Positions 63,053-64,000 of a stretch of 64,000 bases of DNA are shown here, piece by piece. Each line of letters opens with the position of its first letter. The stretch's first letter is position 1. This stretch comes from Marsupella aquatica. Taxonomy: Eukaryota; Plantae; Marchantiophyta. The notes beneath the pieces are model-generated. The model saw only the letters and a program-made list of their open reading frames with translations. It was not told the origin of the DNA and did no database searches. The stretch spans positions 26,931,233-26,995,232 of the forward strand of contig OZ316892.1 of the NCBI GenBank assembly GCA_973895155.1, in the 5' to 3' direction. Both the position numbers and the translations under genes were made by a program.

Positions 63053-64000
63053 CACTACTACATATTTGCCAATTTTGCGAAGGCGTTTTACAAGAGGAAG
63101 AAAGCTTTGCAAGATTAATCTCATCGCTAAACTTGCGATCCGATACGCATCGCACTTAGCGAATCTACACACATCGCAACACATAATTGCGAAACTTAGA
63201 CCATCGCAACATTTTACGATACTTCAGGTATCGCAAAACATTTCCGAAGCAATTACCATTGAACAAGTTAGCGATCTTTACCGCTTCGCAAATTCATTGA
63301 GATGCGCCGGAAAACTAAATGGTTGCGAATATTGAAGCATCTCAAAAGATTTTGCGAGTCTTATTATCTCGCAAATGAGCGATGTTTGTGGAATATATGG
63401 CTAACTTGCGATAGTAATAGGCTCGCAAATCCTGTGCCTGTCTAGGGTCTCATTTTGTGAATGTTTTGGTTTCGCAACTTTGAGATGGTGGTATCTTCGG
63501 AAGTTTGCGATGAGGGAATGATGGCAATTAGGGAGCAGTTAAGTATCGCAAATGTAGCGATGAGTTTGCGGGTGTAGGGGTTTCGCAAGATGTTTCGCAA
63601 AATATTATGAGCGCTTCAAAGAGGTGGAAAAGGAATGGGATTGGGGAGGGAGGGTAAAGGAGGGTGGATACATGTAATTTTTAGGGAGGGACAATGAAAA
63701 GGAGGAGGAAGGGAATGGGGCTAGGAGGGACAAGGAACGGAGGGATCCAAGAGGGAGGATACAGGTTTAGGGGGCACAAGGAAATGAGGGAGGAGGAAGG
63801 GTATGTAGATATAGTTTTAGGGAGGGTTTGGATTTAGGGAGTGAAAATAAAAAGGAGGGAGTTTAGGGTTTAGAGAAGGACAAGGAAAGGAGGGAGGGTA
63901 TTGGTTTAGAGAGGGACAAGGAAATGAGGGAGGTTTAAGGGTATAGGTTTAGGAGGGAGGAGAGAAGCTAGGTTGTATAGGTAAGAGTGGGGGACAGGGG
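63053..64000. mobile_element. CACTA (En/Spm) transposon terminus with subterminal repeats; runs off the window
   Basis: Begins CACTACTACATATTTG at 63053, where gag similarity ends abruptly. Dense TCGCAA/TTGCGA repeats in both orientations to about 63600, then a purine-rich GGGAGG/TTTAGGG-like tract. Confidence 0.85.

Noticed and set aside
62409-63335. 308-aa ORF as a single genuine protein
   Set aside because: The C-terminal third is read-through into the CACTA terminus; only 62436-63052 is gag-like.
63700-63960. Telomeric TTTAGGG array
   Set aside because: Only scattered single motifs in a purine-rich tract, not a tandem array.

Overview
Land-plant nuclear DNA with spliceosomal GT-AG introns; a bryophyte, possibly a liverwort, is an inference from protein similarity and repeat content. 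Nothing here supports a prokaryotic system, rRNA, tRNA or CRISPR. Two conserved genes could be rebuilt by hand with consistent splice phases: a two-exon DUF1005 gene (- strand, 22285-20415) and a 14-exon ZW10 kinetochore/Dsl1-complex gene (+ strand, 39099-45245). There is also a multi-exon orphan gene with a 22-aa tandem repeat (+ strand, about 5.5-10.3 kb) and an intron-retaining RACK1 pseudogene (- strand, 48515 to about 47341). The most unusual locus is 49.5-55.5 kb. An F-box gene there appears to carry an N-terminal exon resembling the C-terminal tail of plant kinesin-10A/PAKRP2. It is split by a 4.3-kb TGT...ACA element with a 5-bp target-site duplication and no recognisable gag, pol or transposase. 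The element encodes its own decayed ORF between two CGTAA-repeat clusters and is itself interrupted by a 295-bp MITE. The last 4 kb is a nest of a TIR element, an LTR retrotransposon (LTR, PBS, gag) and a CACTA transposon end. Family names come from motifs I recognise, not from database searches.
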